A DNA stretch of 64,000 nt from a virus (Duplodnaviria > Caudoviricetes), in the IMG/VR virus record IMGVR_UViG_3300045391_005020. One strand, written 5' to 3'. The notes below the pieces were generated by a model. It ran no database searches. It was not told the origin of the DNA and was given only the letters and a program-made list of their open reading frames with translations. The translations under genes and the position numbers were made by a program. Shown piece after piece: positions 1-10,508 of the stretch. Positions within the stretch are counted from its first letter, which is position 1; each line of letters opens with the position of its first letter.

Positions 1-390
1 GTCGCCGACCTTGACGTCGCACGGGATGGCGCTGGTGCGCGGGAAGCCCGGCTTGTCGACCCAGTTGATCGCAGTGTTGCGGATATGGTTCAGCCCATCT
101 TCCAGATTCTGGGTGCCGCTGGTTTCGTCGTCGAGATACCGGAGAGCCGCGTCATCGAGACGAACGGTGGTGAACAGCTGATCCACGACTTCGCCAGCCT
201 GGCGACCAGGCCACGCGACGGTGAGATCTGCCCCGGCGTAAGCGCCCAGCAGGACCGCTTCCTTGCCATCTTCGTACTTACGGACGGCGTAGTCCGGCCC
301 GATCAAGAGGGCGCGGAGCTGGTTGACGGTAGCATCGGTAGCCAGCGTGAACTGCTGGTTAATCTCAAACTGCGGGACGACTTGAACCAT
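1..390 (-). CDS. Probable tail sheath protein, N-terminal part (runs off the window edge; not in ORF track)
   Basis: ATG at 390 opens MVQVVPQFEINQQFTLATDATVNQLRALLIGPDY..., with no stop to base 1. The N-terminus resembles contractile sheath starts (P-x-x-x-I-x-Q...LIG) and directly follows the neck genes. Confidence 0.55.
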   Translation of the reverse strand, partial: MVQVVPQFEINQQFTLATDATVNQLRALLIGPDYAVRKYEDGKEAVLLGAYAGADLTVAWPGRQAGEVVDQLFTTVRLDDAALRYLDDETSGTQNLEDGLNHIRNTAINWVDKPGFPRTSAIPCDVKVGD

Positions 391-406
391 TTGCGTTCTC
401 TCTGGC

Positions 407-1114
407 TTAGGTTATATCGATGTTAAGGCTCTTCAGGCGGGGTGCCAAGGGCTGTATTGTCCAGGCGTCTTCATAGGCGTAGGTTATATCGATGGGCACG
501 CCAATCCGGTTGCCTAGCCCGTCGAGCACCCCGAGTTCACCCATTCCGACGACCTGGAAGTCCATCAGGTAAGGCAGTCCGACCAGGGCCGGGCTCAGGA
601 ACGTGAGGGTGTGGAACACCTCGAGCGCGATGTTCTCGGCTTCGCCGTCGGTCTCGGCGATGCAAAAGACGCGATGGTTGCCACTTACGAAACGCACGTG
701 GTCGACCGCTCCGGTTTCACGGTTCGAGACGCCCATCCGATCACCCATCAACTTGCGCTGCGACTGCAAATCACCGCGTTTTATGATCAGGGCCGGCATC
801 TGACCGGCGTTCTTCGGATCGAACCGGGTATTTGGTGTGATCCGAATCTTCGACAGCGTCGCGTCCGATGACCACACGTATTGCTTGAGATCAGGATCCA
901 TGATCAGGGCCGGATTGGCGAAGTGATTCGCCAGCACGCGCATGATCAGGCCGGTGATCAGCAGCGGCGTCAGGCCGGAGCAGCAGAGCGGCTGCAGATC
1001 CTGTAGGTTGTGCATCTGTACAAACTCCGCGGTCGAGCCTTCGCCGGACGCGGTCGCGAAGTCGATCTGGTGGCCTTCGCCATCATTGTGCGGTTCGCAG
1101 GTTTCGTTGCTCAC
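407..1114 (-). CDS. Putative tail completion/terminator (neck) protein
   Basis: 235 aa; lies between neck genes and the putative sheath; ...PALIIKRG...HRVFCIAETDGEAENIA pattern is typical of tail-terminator folds. Confidence 0.5.
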   Translation of the reverse strand: MSNETCEPHNDGEGHQIDFATASGEGSTAEFVQMHNLQDLQPLCCSGLTPLLITGLIMRVLANHFANPALIMDPDLKQYVWSSDATLSKIRITPNTRFDPKNAGQMPALIIKRGDLQSQRKLMGDRMGVSNRETGAVDHVRFVSGNHRVFCIAETDGEAENIALEVFHTLTFLSPALVGLPYLMDFQVVGMGELGVLDGLGNRIGVPIDITYAYEDAWTIQPLAPRLKSLNIDIT

Positions 1115-1329
1115 GAGAATCTCAACGGCTTCGGAACAATAGAGTAGGTTTTAAGCGATTCGGTGCAGAGAGGTTGCGTCGAGACTGGTTCCCTACGCGG
1201 AGAGACCGGTGCCGGCGGGGTCGCTACGGCAGTGGTGACTGCGGCAGGCGCCGCCGGCGCCGGCGGGGTCATCGGTTCGACCGGCTTGGCGCCGTTCTTG
1301 GATTTCCGGAGCGTCGGCTTGCGGCTCAT
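1111..1329 (-). CDS. Small basic Pro-rich hypothetical protein
   Basis: 72 aa; 4-bp start/stop overlaps with both neighbours. Confidence 0.55.
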   Translation of the reverse strand: MSRKPTLRKSKNGAKPVEPMTPPAPAAPAAVTTAVATPPAPVSPRREPVSTQPLCTESLKTYSIVPKPLRFS

Positions 1330-2132
1330 GGGGTCGGAACCTGGTACACGATGCTCGACTGCGGCACCTCTTCGAGGTGCAGATTCAGGACCAGATCGAT
1401 GCCGCGGTGGCGCGCGATCGCGGTGATGTCATCGACGATGCGGTACCGCTTGTTCGAGCCCTTCTGGACCCACACGTCGTTGCCTTCCGGCGCCGGCCAG
1501 GCCAGGGCCCGGACGGTTTCCATGACGGCCGTGATGAGACCTTGCTCGTTCGTGAGGCGGCGCAGGCGCTGCGACGGATCCATCGTGACCGCGTACTCGA
1601 GGGCCGGGTAGTACCCGCCTTCGACACCGGTCCCGAAACAAGTCTCGCAGTGCGCGTTGGTGGTCATTCCGGTATTCGGATCGGTGCAGTCCGGACACGG
1701 GTCGCCCCACTGGCGGCGCTTGAGCAGCCAGCCGGCCGTTCCGGCGCGTTTCTTCTGCAGCATGGTTTCTTTCCGGATGATCTCACGGGCCAAGCGCCAG
1801 TCGTAGTGGGACCAGTCCATATAGGCCGAGACCGCCTGGGACTCGTACGAGACGCCGTTGCCGTCGACCAGGATGATCCGGTAGAAGGTTGATTGGTCGT
1901 GCTGGGCGAACACCGGATGGTTGTCGTACAGCCACGGCTGATCGACGGTCTGGCTGATGTTCTCCCAGGCAGTGTCGTTAACGGCGCGACCGCGCTGCAG
2001 CGTGAACTGGTACGGTCCGGGCTCGGCGAACGCTTCGTTCATGGCCCAGCTGACCAGGACGCGCTGCTGGGTGATGACGTTGAAGTGATTCTCCACCGAC
2101 AGTCGTTTGAAGGGGCGCGGCTTATCGGTCAC
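1326..2132 (-). CDS. Neck/head-closure protein with Zn-finger
   Basis: CPDC...CETCFGTGVEGGY motif seen in large-myovirus neck proteins; neck gene context. Confidence 0.6.
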   Translation of the reverse strand: MTDKPRPFKRLSVENHFNVITQQRVLVSWAMNEAFAEPGPYQFTLQRGRAVNDTAWENISQTVDQPWLYDNHPVFAQHDQSTFYRIILVDGNGVSYESQAVSAYMDWSHYDWRLAREIIRKETMLQKKRAGTAGWLLKRRQWGDPCPDCTDPNTGMTTNAHCETCFGTGVEGGYYPALEYAVTMDPSQRLRRLTNEQGLITAVMETVRALAWPAPEGNDVWVQKGSNKRYRIVDDITAIARHRGIDLVLNLHLEEVPQSSIVYQVPTP

Positions 2133-2133
2133 G

Positions 2134-3000
2134 TCAGAGTCCGATGCCCCAGGCTTTGTCGATGTTGATCTTGATCTTCTCAGCCAACATCCACTGACGG
2201 AATTCTTCCATCAAGGAATCGGAGATTGCCTGGTATTCCTGCGACTTGTTCTGGTCGTCGATCGTCATTCCGCCGGCGCTGTAGTTGAGCTGGTTGCGGC
2301 GATACGAATGCGCACGCATCCGGTACAGCTGCGCGATGGTGCCCTGGATCCAGCGGTACCGATACGGGAAGCTCTTGACGGTATGGCGTGCGACGGGCGG
2401 CGGAGTTTCGTTCCACAGATCAACGACCTGACGGATCGCGTGCATGATCTGTTCATCCGAGAATTCGACGCCATCGAGCAAGCTGACTTCCGTCGGGAGC
2501 AGATCGTCGAGGCCTAGTCTGACTTCAGCGATCGTGAGCGTGCCGGATCCACGCATCTCGCTGAACACCGTCGGTTCAAGCGCGAGGTAGCAGGGCCAGG
2601 TGTCGACCAGGTAGTCGGGGTTGGAGAAGCGGCCGACTTCGCATACGTACACGCCCGGGTGGCAGGTCATGTCGTTCGTAAGGATGAACTCGATCATCCC
2701 TTTGCATTCCGGTTTTGCGACTTCGAGGATCGTGCCCTCGACATCGAACAAAACCTTGCTGGACGAGAATGATTCCTTGGCGCGCAGCCGCACCTTTGCG
2801 GTGCCTTCACTCAGCTCGTGCTGGTAGTCGAACTTCGCGGTCGGGGCGTCTTCGTTGGTGGGCTCGGCCACGAGCGTGACGGCTTTGCCGTTCTCGTCAG
2901 TGAGCCGGAACACGATCTGTTTGCGACCGGTCGCGGGTAGACGGATGGTTTTCACCTGGGCCGCTTTGGATCCAGGCTTGAGTTCGACCGGATCAATCAT
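2134..3000 (-). CDS. Head-tail adaptor (neck) protein
   Basis: C-terminal EFSDEQIMHAIRQVVDLWNETPP...NQLNYSAGGMTIDD helical adaptor-like pattern; N-terminal beta-rich domain. Confidence 0.55.
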   Translation of the reverse strand: MIDPVELKPGSKAAQVKTIRLPATGRKQIVFRLTDENGKAVTLVAEPTNEDAPTAKFDYQHELSEGTAKVRLRAKESFSSSKVLFDVEGTILEVAKPECKGMIEFILTNDMTCHPGVYVCEVGRFSNPDYLVDTWPCYLALEPTVFSEMRGSGTLTIAEVRLGLDDLLPTEVSLLDGVEFSDEQIMHAIRQVVDLWNETPPPVARHTVKSFPYRYRWIQGTIAQLYRMRAHSYRRNQLNYSAGGMTIDDQNKSQEYQAISDSLMEEFRQWMLAEKIKINIDKAWGIGL

Positions 3001-3003
3001 GGG

Positions 3004-4023
3004 TTAGACCTGACGGACCGTGCGGTCGCCGAGGACGACTTGTTGATCGGTCGTGCGCATGATTCCCAGCGCGGTACCGATCCGCTGCGTGACCGCGTCT
3101 TGCCATTCGGCAGCCGCAACCTGCGCCCAGTCGGAGTGGCCCTGAGATGTGAAGCGCTTGGTGACTTTCATGCCAGACTTGATGGGACGCATGTCCTGGG
3201 CCAGGAACACGCCGGCCGGATTGTCGTTGGTCTGACCGAAGGTTCCGCCGAAGTCGACGACCGCGGGGCCGTAGCGTTCGACCAACTTCTGGTCGATGTG
3301 ATTGAGGTCGATTCCGATCGTGGCGTCGATGGCGCCGTTGATTGCTTCGAGTTCCTCGCGGACGACCGAGCTGAGCGGGTAGTTGTCGTTCGGGGTGCCG
3401 AGACGCGAACCGTTGGTGACCGGGTAGTCTGTGAACGCCACGATGTCGTAGCCGGCTGACTGCCAGTCGCCGATCGAGGGATTGTAGGTGAACGTGATGG
3501 TGTCGCCGTAGCTGAATCCGCCCGGGAAGGTGATGCGGAGCTGGCGCGGATCTTGGCCCAGTTCGACGGTGTCGAACGGCACCGAGAACCCGTTGGCCTT
3601 GACCGATAGCCCAGCTTCGAAGTCCGTCGAGGACAGCGGCATGCTGGTCACCAGGGTGATGACGTTCGGTTCGATGATCGAGAGCGCGCAAACCGCGGCC
3701 AACAGGGCGGCGTGCTGGGACTGGTTGGTTGCGCCCACGTCGGTGAACGACGGCGCGAGCTCGTCAGACAGATTCTCAATGTTCGAGACATCGTCGTCGT
3801 AGCTGACCAGAACAGTGTCTTCGTTTGAGATCACGCCAGCCATCTGGAACGTGATGGTGTCAGCCGCCGTCAGGTCAGCCGAGTTGGCGAACTTCTGGGC
3901 GCCGTTGACCTTGAACGTGAACCCTTCGCCGGGCCGGTTAGTCGAACTAGTGATCGCCTGGTCGTAAACGACGTCGATGGTCGTTTCCCGGGCGATGATG
4001 ATGCTGACGGAGGGGGTAGTCAT
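3004..4023 (-). CDS. Virion structural protein with two Ig/SwmB-like repeats
   Basis: Two related beta-rich units (FTFKVNG...VLVSY...SFTD...TNQS and LSVKANG...ITFTY...AFTD...TNGS). Confidence 0.45.
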   Translation of the reverse strand: MTTPSVSIIIARETTIDVVYDQAITSSTNRPGEGFTFKVNGAQKFANSADLTAADTITFQMAGVISNEDTVLVSYDDDVSNIENLSDELAPSFTDVGATNQSQHAALLAAVCALSIIEPNVITLVTSMPLSSTDFEAGLSVKANGFSVPFDTVELGQDPRQLRITFPGGFSYGDTITFTYNPSIGDWQSAGYDIVAFTDYPVTNGSRLGTPNDNYPLSSVVREELEAINGAIDATIGIDLNHIDQKLVERYGPAVVDFGGTFGQTNDNPAGVFLAQDMRPIKSGMKVTKRFTSQGHSDWAQVAAAEWQDAVTQRIGTALGIMRTTDQQVVLGDRTVRQV

Positions 4024-4029
4024 ACCGTA

Positions 4030-4057
4030 ACTTTAGATCCAGGCTGGACCCCAGCAA
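4030..4057 (-). promoter_or_regulatory. Sigma70-like promoter, probably leaderless
   Basis: TTGCTG-16-TAAAGT, followed 6 nt later by the ATG at 4023. Confidence 0.5.
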
Positions 4058-4065
4058 CTCGCTTA

Positions 4066-5064
4066 TTACAGATCGTCGTCAGAAGTGCTGTTTTTGTTAC
4101 GATTCAGCAGGTCTTTGAGGGGGTCGGGTTCGGTGGGTTCAATCTCGAGGGTTGGGTTGACCTTGAGGGGGTCCGGAGTGGCGCGATCGAGCGCCAGGAT
4201 CTCGTTCGAGAGCCTGAAGAGCATCAGGACCAGGACTTCGCGGATGCGCTCGACCTGCTGAACGTCAGTCAATTTGTCGGCCAGGCAGGCCTCGCGGCAC
4301 TGCTGGTAAAACTTGCCCAGCAGGTCATTGTTCCAGCGGTCCAGGAAGGTCTTCTGGGCCGCGGATGGGATCTTGGATTCCAGGAATTCGTCACGGATAT
4401 CCAGGAGGACGCGGTCGAGCGCCGCCTGGAGCCGTTCCCAAGCCAGCTGACCGGCCCCGAGGAACATCTGGGCCTCGCAGTTGCGCATGAAGCCGTACCA
4501 CTGCGAACAGTAGATCTCCATCATGGTCCGGAGCTCGCGGTTGCGCAGCTGTGGGATGTGGGTGTCGAGCAGCAGGACCATGTCGCGTGCATACGACATC
4601 GCCTCGGTGTTGTCCGAGCTGAAATGGAACCCGTAGCTGCGGGCCTTGCGGGATACGGTGCTCAAAACCTTGGCTGCGTACGGGATCGGGAGTCCCAACA
4701 TGACCAGGTTCTCGGTAATCGAGAGGATCTCGGTCGCGGCCAGAAGTCCGAGCGCGCCGGTGGTGCAGAACTGAGTGTCTGAGATGGTGTGTTCCGCAAC
4801 CGCGATGCCGCACACGAAGGCGGCATAAAGGAGCAGCTTACCGATCCCCTTGCGCATCCCTTCGCTCGATAAGGTGCGGGTCTTACGAGCCACCCAGACC
4901 CCGCAACCGAAGTCGAGGGCGAGCAGGATCCCGAGGCCCTGGAGAGCCAGCGCGTGTGGCATCAGGGCGGCGCAAATAACAGCGACCCCGAGTTTGTACC
5001 AGATCACCTGGCCAGCTTGGACCAGGAAGTCAGAAATTGCCGTTTTGATAAGCGCGAGATTCAT
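4066..5064 (-). CDS. Holin (Phage_holin_4_1/TcdE-like) with long C-terminal soluble extension
   Basis: Hydrophobic helices and LDFGCGV...LSSEGMRKGIGK...EILSITENLVMLGLPIP signature. Start set at ATG 5064. Confidence 0.7.
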   Translation of the reverse strand: MNLALIKTAISDFLVQAGQVIWYKLGVAVICAALMPHALALQGLGILLALDFGCGVWVARKTRTLSSEGMRKGIGKLLLYAAFVCGIAVAEHTISDTQFCTTGALGLLAATEILSITENLVMLGLPIPYAAKVLSTVSRKARSYGFHFSSDNTEAMSYARDMVLLLDTHIPQLRNRELRTMMEIYCSQWYGFMRNCEAQMFLGAGQLAWERLQAALDRVLLDIRDEFLESKIPSAAQKTFLDRWNNDLLGKFYQQCREACLADKLTDVQQVERIREVLVLMLFRLSNEILALDRATPDPLKVNPTLEIEPTEPDPLKDLLNRNKNSTSDDDL

Positions 5065-5149
5065 GGCCAACCACCCGTAGGCCACCCCGGCCCAGACCCC
5101 CAATTTATCAACTCGGGGTAATGGTTGGAAGTTCCAATGATATAAGAAC

Positions 5150-5632
5150 TTAGACTTTTACTGCGAGTTGCAGCAAGTCAAATAGCGCCCCTGGCGAAAT
5201 CCCGCCCGGGACTTGAGTTCGGAGCTTTTCGATGACCGGATCCCAATCACAGGGCACCGGGAGCTCGCGGCTGGCATCGACCAGCATGCGGGCCACCAGC
5301 TCGCTACAGATCAGCTGATGGCGCCCTGGTGGATGTCGGAACCGAAACCCAAAGGCCAAAATATCGCGCCAGTCATAGGCCGAACCAAGGTACAGCGACA
5401 GCCATCCGAAGAACCATTCATCCGTGATCCATGGGACCGGGAAGCAGAAGTCTGGCTGATCGACTCGATCGGCGCGCCAGGTGCAGGTCCCGTACTGCTG
5501 GTGTGCCTGCGCGACCATTGGAATTCCGTTCACCGTATGGTTGACCACGACGTGGCAGAAGGGCGATCCAGTCACGATGCTGACGATGCGTCCGATGATT
5601 CCGCGCGGACGATAGAACCCGAGCGTGATCAC
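5150..5632 (-). CDS. Permuted papain-like NlpC/P60 (YiiX/YebB-like) amidase
   Basis: His motif (SPFCHVV) precedes GSAYDW and Cys motif (LICSELVA). GTG start at 5632 overlaps the upstream TGA. Confidence 0.7.
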   Translation of the reverse strand: MITLGFYRPRGIIGRIVSIVTGSPFCHVVVNHTVNGIPMVAQAHQQYGTCTWRADRVDQPDFCFPVPWITDEWFFGWLSLYLGSAYDWRDILAFGFRFRHPPGRHQLICSELVARMLVDASRELPVPCDWDPVIEKLRTQVPGGISPGALFDLLQLAVKV

Positions 5633-6405
5633 GGCAACGTGGTGAGATTCGCCGCGGCCGAGTATGCGAAACAAGCTGCGTTGAGGGTGCACTTGCAGCG
5701 GACTTTGTAATCGTCGGATGCGGACAAGGTTGGGGTCTGATAGGACGTGCTGGTAGCGCCGTTGATATCGGACCAAGTCGTTCCTCCATCGGTCGACTTC
5801 TGCCACTGATGGGTGCGCGCCGGATGTCCGGCCGACACGATCGTGAACGTTGCAGTTTGGCCGGTGGCTTTGATCTGATCCGACGGTTGAGTGGTAAACC
5901 AGGGCGTGTTGACCAGCACCATGACTTCCGTGAACGTATAAGGCGCATCACCGACGACGCCGCTGTAGTCGAGCTCGACCGTGCCACCGGCCAAAATCGT
6001 CGGCTTGTAGACCATAAGGTAGAGACCCATCACGGCGTCGATCCAGGCGATCACCGCATCAATCGCATCTTTACCTGCCTGGTTGCTGGTGCTGTCGATG
6101 CTCCATTTGACGAAACGGAGCATCCCGCCGACGTCGTACCATTCCAAAACCGTGTCCCACGCAGCTTGCCATGCGTCGTGGACGAGGGTCAGGCGACGCT
6201 TCTGTTCGACTTCTTCGGCCTTCATCGCCGCGTATTCGGCTTGTTGGTCGGCCATCAAATCCTGAAACTCCGCCCACGTCACTGTGACCCAAGGAGCCGA
6301 GGGCTCAGGGTTAGCGTCCTGAATCGACTCGGCCACCCAAGTCTCCGGGAAGTCCTCCGGGTTTGGAGCATCAGCGTAGGTCAGATAGGAAACGTTCGTC
6401 GGCAT
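5629..6405 (-). CDS. Tail fibre assembly-like protein with C-terminal Ig-like domain
   Basis: C-terminal FTTQPSDQ...ATFT...HQWQKSTDGG.TWSDI.GATS.SY...YKVRC Ig signature; follows a fibre gene. Confidence 0.6.
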   Translation of the reverse strand: MPTNVSYLTYADAPNPEDFPETWVAESIQDANPEPSAPWVTVTWAEFQDLMADQQAEYAAMKAEEVEQKRRLTLVHDAWQAAWDTVLEWYDVGGMLRFVKWSIDSTSNQAGKDAIDAVIAWIDAVMGLYLMVYKPTILAGGTVELDYSGVVGDAPYTFTEVMVLVNTPWFTTQPSDQIKATGQTATFTIVSAGHPARTHQWQKSTDGGTTWSDINGATSTSYQTPTLSASDDYKVRCKCTLNAACFAYSAAANLTTLP

Positions 6406-6406
6406 A

Positions 6407-8614
6407 TCAGCTCGCAAAGTTCGCGATGTAGGAGTCGACCAGCAGACTGCGGTTCGCGTTTCCGGTCGCAGTCATGCGCGTGATCGAGAACATCGGCGCG
6501 AACTCGTTGCCGGCCGCGGTCGGCAGCGTGCCTGCCACGGTTCCGATCGAGGTTCCGTTCACGTAGAACGTGATGGTGTCATTCGCCGCGTTAGCACGCG
6601 CCTCGAGAACCTGCCATCCGGTCGCGACTGCAGTCGATGACGTCGTGGTGGTACGCGCGGCAGACGCTGCGCTCTTGAGACGCCAGTTCACCGATGACGA
6701 GTGTTCGTATTCGAAATAGAAACCGTTGTTCTGATCAGTTGTGCTGTTGGCGACGATCAAATCGCCGAACCCTATTCTGAGGCGGTACGGGTTCGTCGCG
6801 TCTGACAGCGCTTCGATATTGACGACCGCAATGAATCCAATGCTCCGGCCCATCAAGAACGGCAGCACGCCCTGGTACAAATTAAGCTGAGCGCGGTTGT
6901 TCACGTTTCCGCTATTCGCGGTCATGCGAGCGACGCCACGGTGAGCAGTGGTCTGAGCCGCCGAATCCCACGTGACCGAGCCGCCGCCGGTAGTAACGGT
7001 CCAGCCGAGGAGGCCGGTATTTGCGCCGGTCAACCAGTCATCGACGATGTGCGAAGTGTTGCTCGCCAGTGCAGTGACGAGACCTTTTGCGTTGGCAGTC
7101 ACCACCGCGTATGGGAATGTTCCTACATTCGAGTTGACGGTCGCGAGCGTGAGCACGGTCGATCCGTTCGGCGACGACGCGTCACCGCTGAATGCCGGCA
7201 TTTCTGCGGTCTTGAGCAGACTTCCTGCGGTAAGACCAGCGTAGCCGTTTGCGGCATCTTTTTCGGAACGGAACTGGACTACGGTAGGATCCGCGTTCAC
7301 CGCTGGATTTCCGGACACACCGTCACCGTCCGTTACCGTCGTGCCGGTTCCGGCCACGATGGAACGCTTTGTGAACGTGTCAGCCGCAGTCTCGACAACG
7401 AGACCGGCGGTGGAGTTGAGCCCCGCCAGTGCCGTCAGGGTAGCGTCGAGTGGCTGTTTGGTCGCCAATGCAGTCACGACCGCTGACTGGCTGGGAACGC
7501 GGGACGCGGAGTTCGCCGATAGTGTTCCATCGGTGTCGAGCGCAATTCCACCCTTAATGAGTTTTCCGGTAGTGCCGTCGAACTGGGCGAAGTGGCCGTC
7601 AGTCGCGGACGCCGGACCGATCACCGCGCCGTCGAGGTTCTTCTGAATGACGTTCCAATTCGCGCCGACACCGGCCTGCGTTCCCGAGGCCGTGCCGTCA
7701 GTCGTGCAGATCGCCATATCGCCGACTTCGACGTTTACGCCCGACGCTCCGCCGATCTTTCCGGCGACCGAGATGAGGTAGAACCAGCCGGCGTCAGCAG
7801 CCGGATAATTTGGGCTCGCCGAGCAGTCGATGACGCCCTTGTAGACAACCGCGTTGGCGGTCGCGATCAGTTGATCAGCGTAGGTCTTGATAGCCTTCTC
7901 GGACGGGATCGTCGCATCCGAATTGCCGGCGAGCGTTCCGTCGGTCGAGAACGTCAACTGGCCGAAGGTATCGGTGCCGGTCGAGTAGGGGATTTTGTTA
8001 GAGCCCGTCGCGAGGCCGGAGAGAGCTGCCAGCGTGGCGTCGTAGGCCTGAACGTCGGTTCCCGGAGTCAGGTTCAGGACAGCCCGTGCAACTGCCACAC
8101 TCGATGCGATGAAGAGGGCGTCGCCGACCGTCGTCGATCCTAGAGCCGCGCGCTGTGCAGCCTGAGTGGATGCGGCCAAGAATGTGCGCGCTACCGAGGT
8201 TAGATCAGTTGTCGAAAATGCGTCGCTGCCGGTGGCGTAGATCAACTTGTCGGCCGCGGTCGCAACAGCCGCGAGAGCCGTCAGAGTCGCGTCGAGCGGC
8301 TGTTTGCCAGCCAGGTCGGTGACCAGATTCGTGATATCTGATTCGGGGTGCGTGTGATTGAACGGCGCGTAGCGTGACCAGGTCGCGACGCCGGCCGCGA
8401 TGTTGGTCAATGTGTAGACGACGTGGTTGGTCGTCTCGAGCCAGTTGGTGCCAAGCGGATAGCTATTGTCCGAGCCAGTCGGGGCCGAAGCGCTCCGGAC
8501 ATGGACCTGCACCAAATTTCCGTCGCCATCAAGGGCCTCTTCGCCGGCCGTGATGACGCGGCTCTGGTCCTTGGTTTCATCATTGATGATCAGAGCTTTG
8601 TTGAGATCCGTCAT
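6407..8614 (-). CDS. Tail fibre protein with C-terminal lectin-like tip
   Basis: 735 aa, Ala/Thr/Gly-rich; [12 protein letters not shown] repeats, HTH.ESDITNL motif, C-terminal ITFYVNG beta-sandwich. Confidence 0.75.
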   Translation of the reverse strand: MTDLNKALIINDETKDQSRVITAGEEALDGDGNLVQVHVRSASAPTGSDNSYPLGTNWLETTNHVVYTLTNIAAGVATWSRYAPFNHTHPESDITNLVTDLAGKQPLDATLTALAAVATAADKLIYATGSDAFSTTDLTSVARTFLAASTQAAQRAALGSTTVGDALFIASSVAVARAVLNLTPGTDVQAYDATLAALSGLATGSNKIPYSTGTDTFGQLTFSTDGTLAGNSDATIPSEKAIKTYADQLIATANAVVYKGVIDCSASPNYPAADAGWFYLISVAGKIGGASGVNVEVGDMAICTTDGTASGTQAGVGANWNVIQKNLDGAVIGPASATDGHFAQFDGTTGKLIKGGIALDTDGTLSANSASRVPSQSAVVTALATKQPLDATLTALAGLNSTAGLVVETAADTFTKRSIVAGTGTTVTDGDGVSGNPAVNADPTVVQFRSEKDAANGYAGLTAGSLLKTAEMPAFSGDASSPNGSTVLTLATVNSNVGTFPYAVVTANAKGLVTALASNTSHIVDDWLTGANTGLLGWTVTTGGGSVTWDSAAQTTAHRGVARMTANSGNVNNRAQLNLYQGVLPFLMGRSIGFIAVVNIEALSDATNPYRLRIGFGDLIVANSTTDQNNGFYFEYEHSSSVNWRLKSAASAARTTTTSSTAVATGWQVLEARANAANDTITFYVNGTSIGTVAGTLPTAAGNEFAPMFSITRMTATGNANRSLLVDSYIANFAS

Positions 8615-8615
8615 A

Positions 8616-9011
8616 TCACGTCTTCTTGTTGCGATCCACGTAGGTCATGGGTTCGCGCGGACGCGTCCGGACTGGTTCGTAGTTGAGGCGGGTCAGTAAT
8701 TTCTTGGCGTCGACCAGAACGTTCGCGACGTCGCCGCGCAGGTAGAGGAACGCCTGCTTGCGCCGCATCTCGAGCATGAAGTCCTCGAGGATCAGGAAGA
8801 GCTGTCCGAGCTGGTGCACGACCTCGTCGTTGGGTTTGATCTCGGGGCTCTGAATCACGACCAGGTTGTCCTGCTGGACGGCTTTCAGGCGCGCCTCGGC
8901 GTCGGTCAATTCAGCCATCGCTGCATCCCAGACGGTCTGGCCAACCTTCTTGCCATTCATGACTTGCTCTAAAACGAGCCTGATGTTGTCCACCGACACC
9001 TCACTGTACAA
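8616..9011 (-). CDS. Hypothetical helical protein
   Basis: 131-aa ORF in the co-oriented operon; start uncertain. Confidence 0.55.
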   Translation of the reverse strand: MYSEVSVDNIRLVLEQVMNGKKVGQTVWDAAMAELTDAEARLKAVQQDNLVVIQSPEIKPNDEVVHQLGQLFLILEDFMLEMRRKQAFLYLRGDVANVLVDAKKLLTRLNYEPVRTRPREPMTYVDRNKKT

Positions 9012-9059
9012 ATTACAGGTGGGCCCCTGTAATGCACCAAAACCGGCCCCGTGAGGCGC

Positions 9060-10016
9060 TTACTGGACCTGGAAGGTCAGGATCGAGTCGAACTGGGCTG
9101 GGTTCATGCCCGTGATGGACTTCACGTGGGTCCAGGTTTCGCCGTCGTTCGACCCCTCGATCTCGAGACCCGAGGTGCCAGGCCAATAGGGTCCGATCAC
9201 CAGTCGGATCGACCTGATCGTCTGGGCATGCTGGAGATCGCAGCTCCACCAGGCCTGGCTGTGATCGCGCAGCACGTTTGTGGACCAGTGGGTCCCGAGA
9301 TTGCCGTCGATCGCGTAGTGGGCCGGATTGTTTCCGCTGTTGTCCGAGTTGGTATCGGCGGTGACGCCGTACTCGGCCAGCGCGATGTTGTTCACGAACG
9401 GGTACTCGCACGCGAGTCCGATCTCGTGGTACGACCAGTTGCCCTTCTGCTTCGAGTTGCTGGTCAGACGCCAGTAACGGAAGCAGTAGAGCTGGTTGGG
9501 GCCGCGGCCACTCGGGACGCGAGCGACTGGCTCGTTCGACAACGTAGACTTTTTGGCCGACTTGCGCTCGGGAGCTTTCTGTTCCAGAGGCTTGTGCTTC
9601 TCCACCTTCGGCTTCTGCAATTTCTGCGGCTTCGGGGCTTCCGGCTTCGGCTTCTTGGGCTGCGAAACTTCCTGACCCAGGTTGAAGACCCGGCCCTTTC
9701 GGCCCGGCGTGACTTCCTGTTTCGGCAGTTTCGGCTCGGCCGGCTTTTCGACCTTCTTTACCGCGGGCTTCGCGACCGGCTTCATCACCGGTTTCGGCGG
9801 AAGTTTCGGAAGCGGTTTCGGGTTCGGGGACAGCTGCTTACCGCTTTGATCGAACACGCGACCACGGCGTCCGACGTGAACCTTGGGTTCAGTCGGTTTG
9901 GCTTCAGGAGCCTTTGGGGCGGGCGCTTTCGGTGTCGGAGCCTTAGGGGCTTCTGTCTTCTGGTTCGCCGGGAACACGCGCCCGCGGCGTCCAACGTGTG
10001 GATGCTTGTCCGTCAT
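9060..10016 (-). CDS. Lys/Pro-rich protein with C-terminal F5/8 type C (discoidin-like) domain
   Basis: AIDGNLGTHWST...WWSCDL...IRSIRL...IEGSNDGETWT discoidin pattern; N-terminal GR(R/K)GRVF x3. Confidence 0.65.
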   Translation of the reverse strand: MTDKHPHVGRRGRVFPANQKTEAPKAPTPKAPAPKAPEAKPTEPKVHVGRRGRVFDQSGKQLSPNPKPLPKLPPKPVMKPVAKPAVKKVEKPAEPKLPKQEVTPGRKGRVFNLGQEVSQPKKPKPEAPKPQKLQKPKVEKHKPLEQKAPERKSAKKSTLSNEPVARVPSGRGPNQLYCFRYWRLTSNSKQKGNWSYHEIGLACEYPFVNNIALAEYGVTADTNSDNSGNNPAHYAIDGNLGTHWSTNVLRDHSQAWWSCDLQHAQTIRSIRLVIGPYWPGTSGLEIEGSNDGETWTHVKSITGMNPAQFDSILTFQVQ

Positions 10017-10022
10017 GACTCG

Positions 10023-10508
10023 TTACGGCTCCGTCGGCCAGGTTGGGGTATAGGCGATGAGGGCAGCTTCGTCGGCGCAGGCATCGATCTCGGTGTCGGC
10101 GGTTTCGGGAAGATCGCGAAGCGCCTGCCGGAAGGCCGCGTAATCGTCCTTCTCTTGCTGGGTTCCTACGGCCTGCAGGCGCAGCCACTCTTTGTCGGAG
10201 GCATCGAGACGCTGGTCGCGTTGAGCGCGGACGTCAGCTTTCGCCTGTATCTTCGCAAGCGAGACATCGGTCGTGACGACATCATCGTCGAGACGCCAGC
10301 ACGACCGGAACCTGCGCGAAGTAGGGACGTCGTCTGCATCAACCTTCACGTAGTCGAGATCACCGAACTGCTCCGGCGCATCCTCTTGGAGCTTAGTTGC
10401 GATTCGATCGAGGTATTGATCCTCGGTCTCGCCCTCGATCATCTCCTCAAGTGGCGTGGTGACAGAGACAGTGCCGTCATCATTTTCCCAGACGATTACT
10501 TTGCTCAT
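10023..10508 (-). CDS. Tail fibre assembly chaperone
   Basis: VRAQRDQRLDASD...FRQALRDLP...WPTEP chaperone signature. Confidence 0.75.
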   Translation of the reverse strand: MSKVIVWENDDGTVSVTTPLEEMIEGETEDQYLDRIATKLQEDAPEQFGDLDYVKVDADDVPTSRRFRSCWRLDDDVVTTDVSLAKIQAKADVRAQRDQRLDASDKEWLRLQAVGTQQEKDDYAAFRQALRDLPETADTEIDACADEAALIAYTPTWPTEP

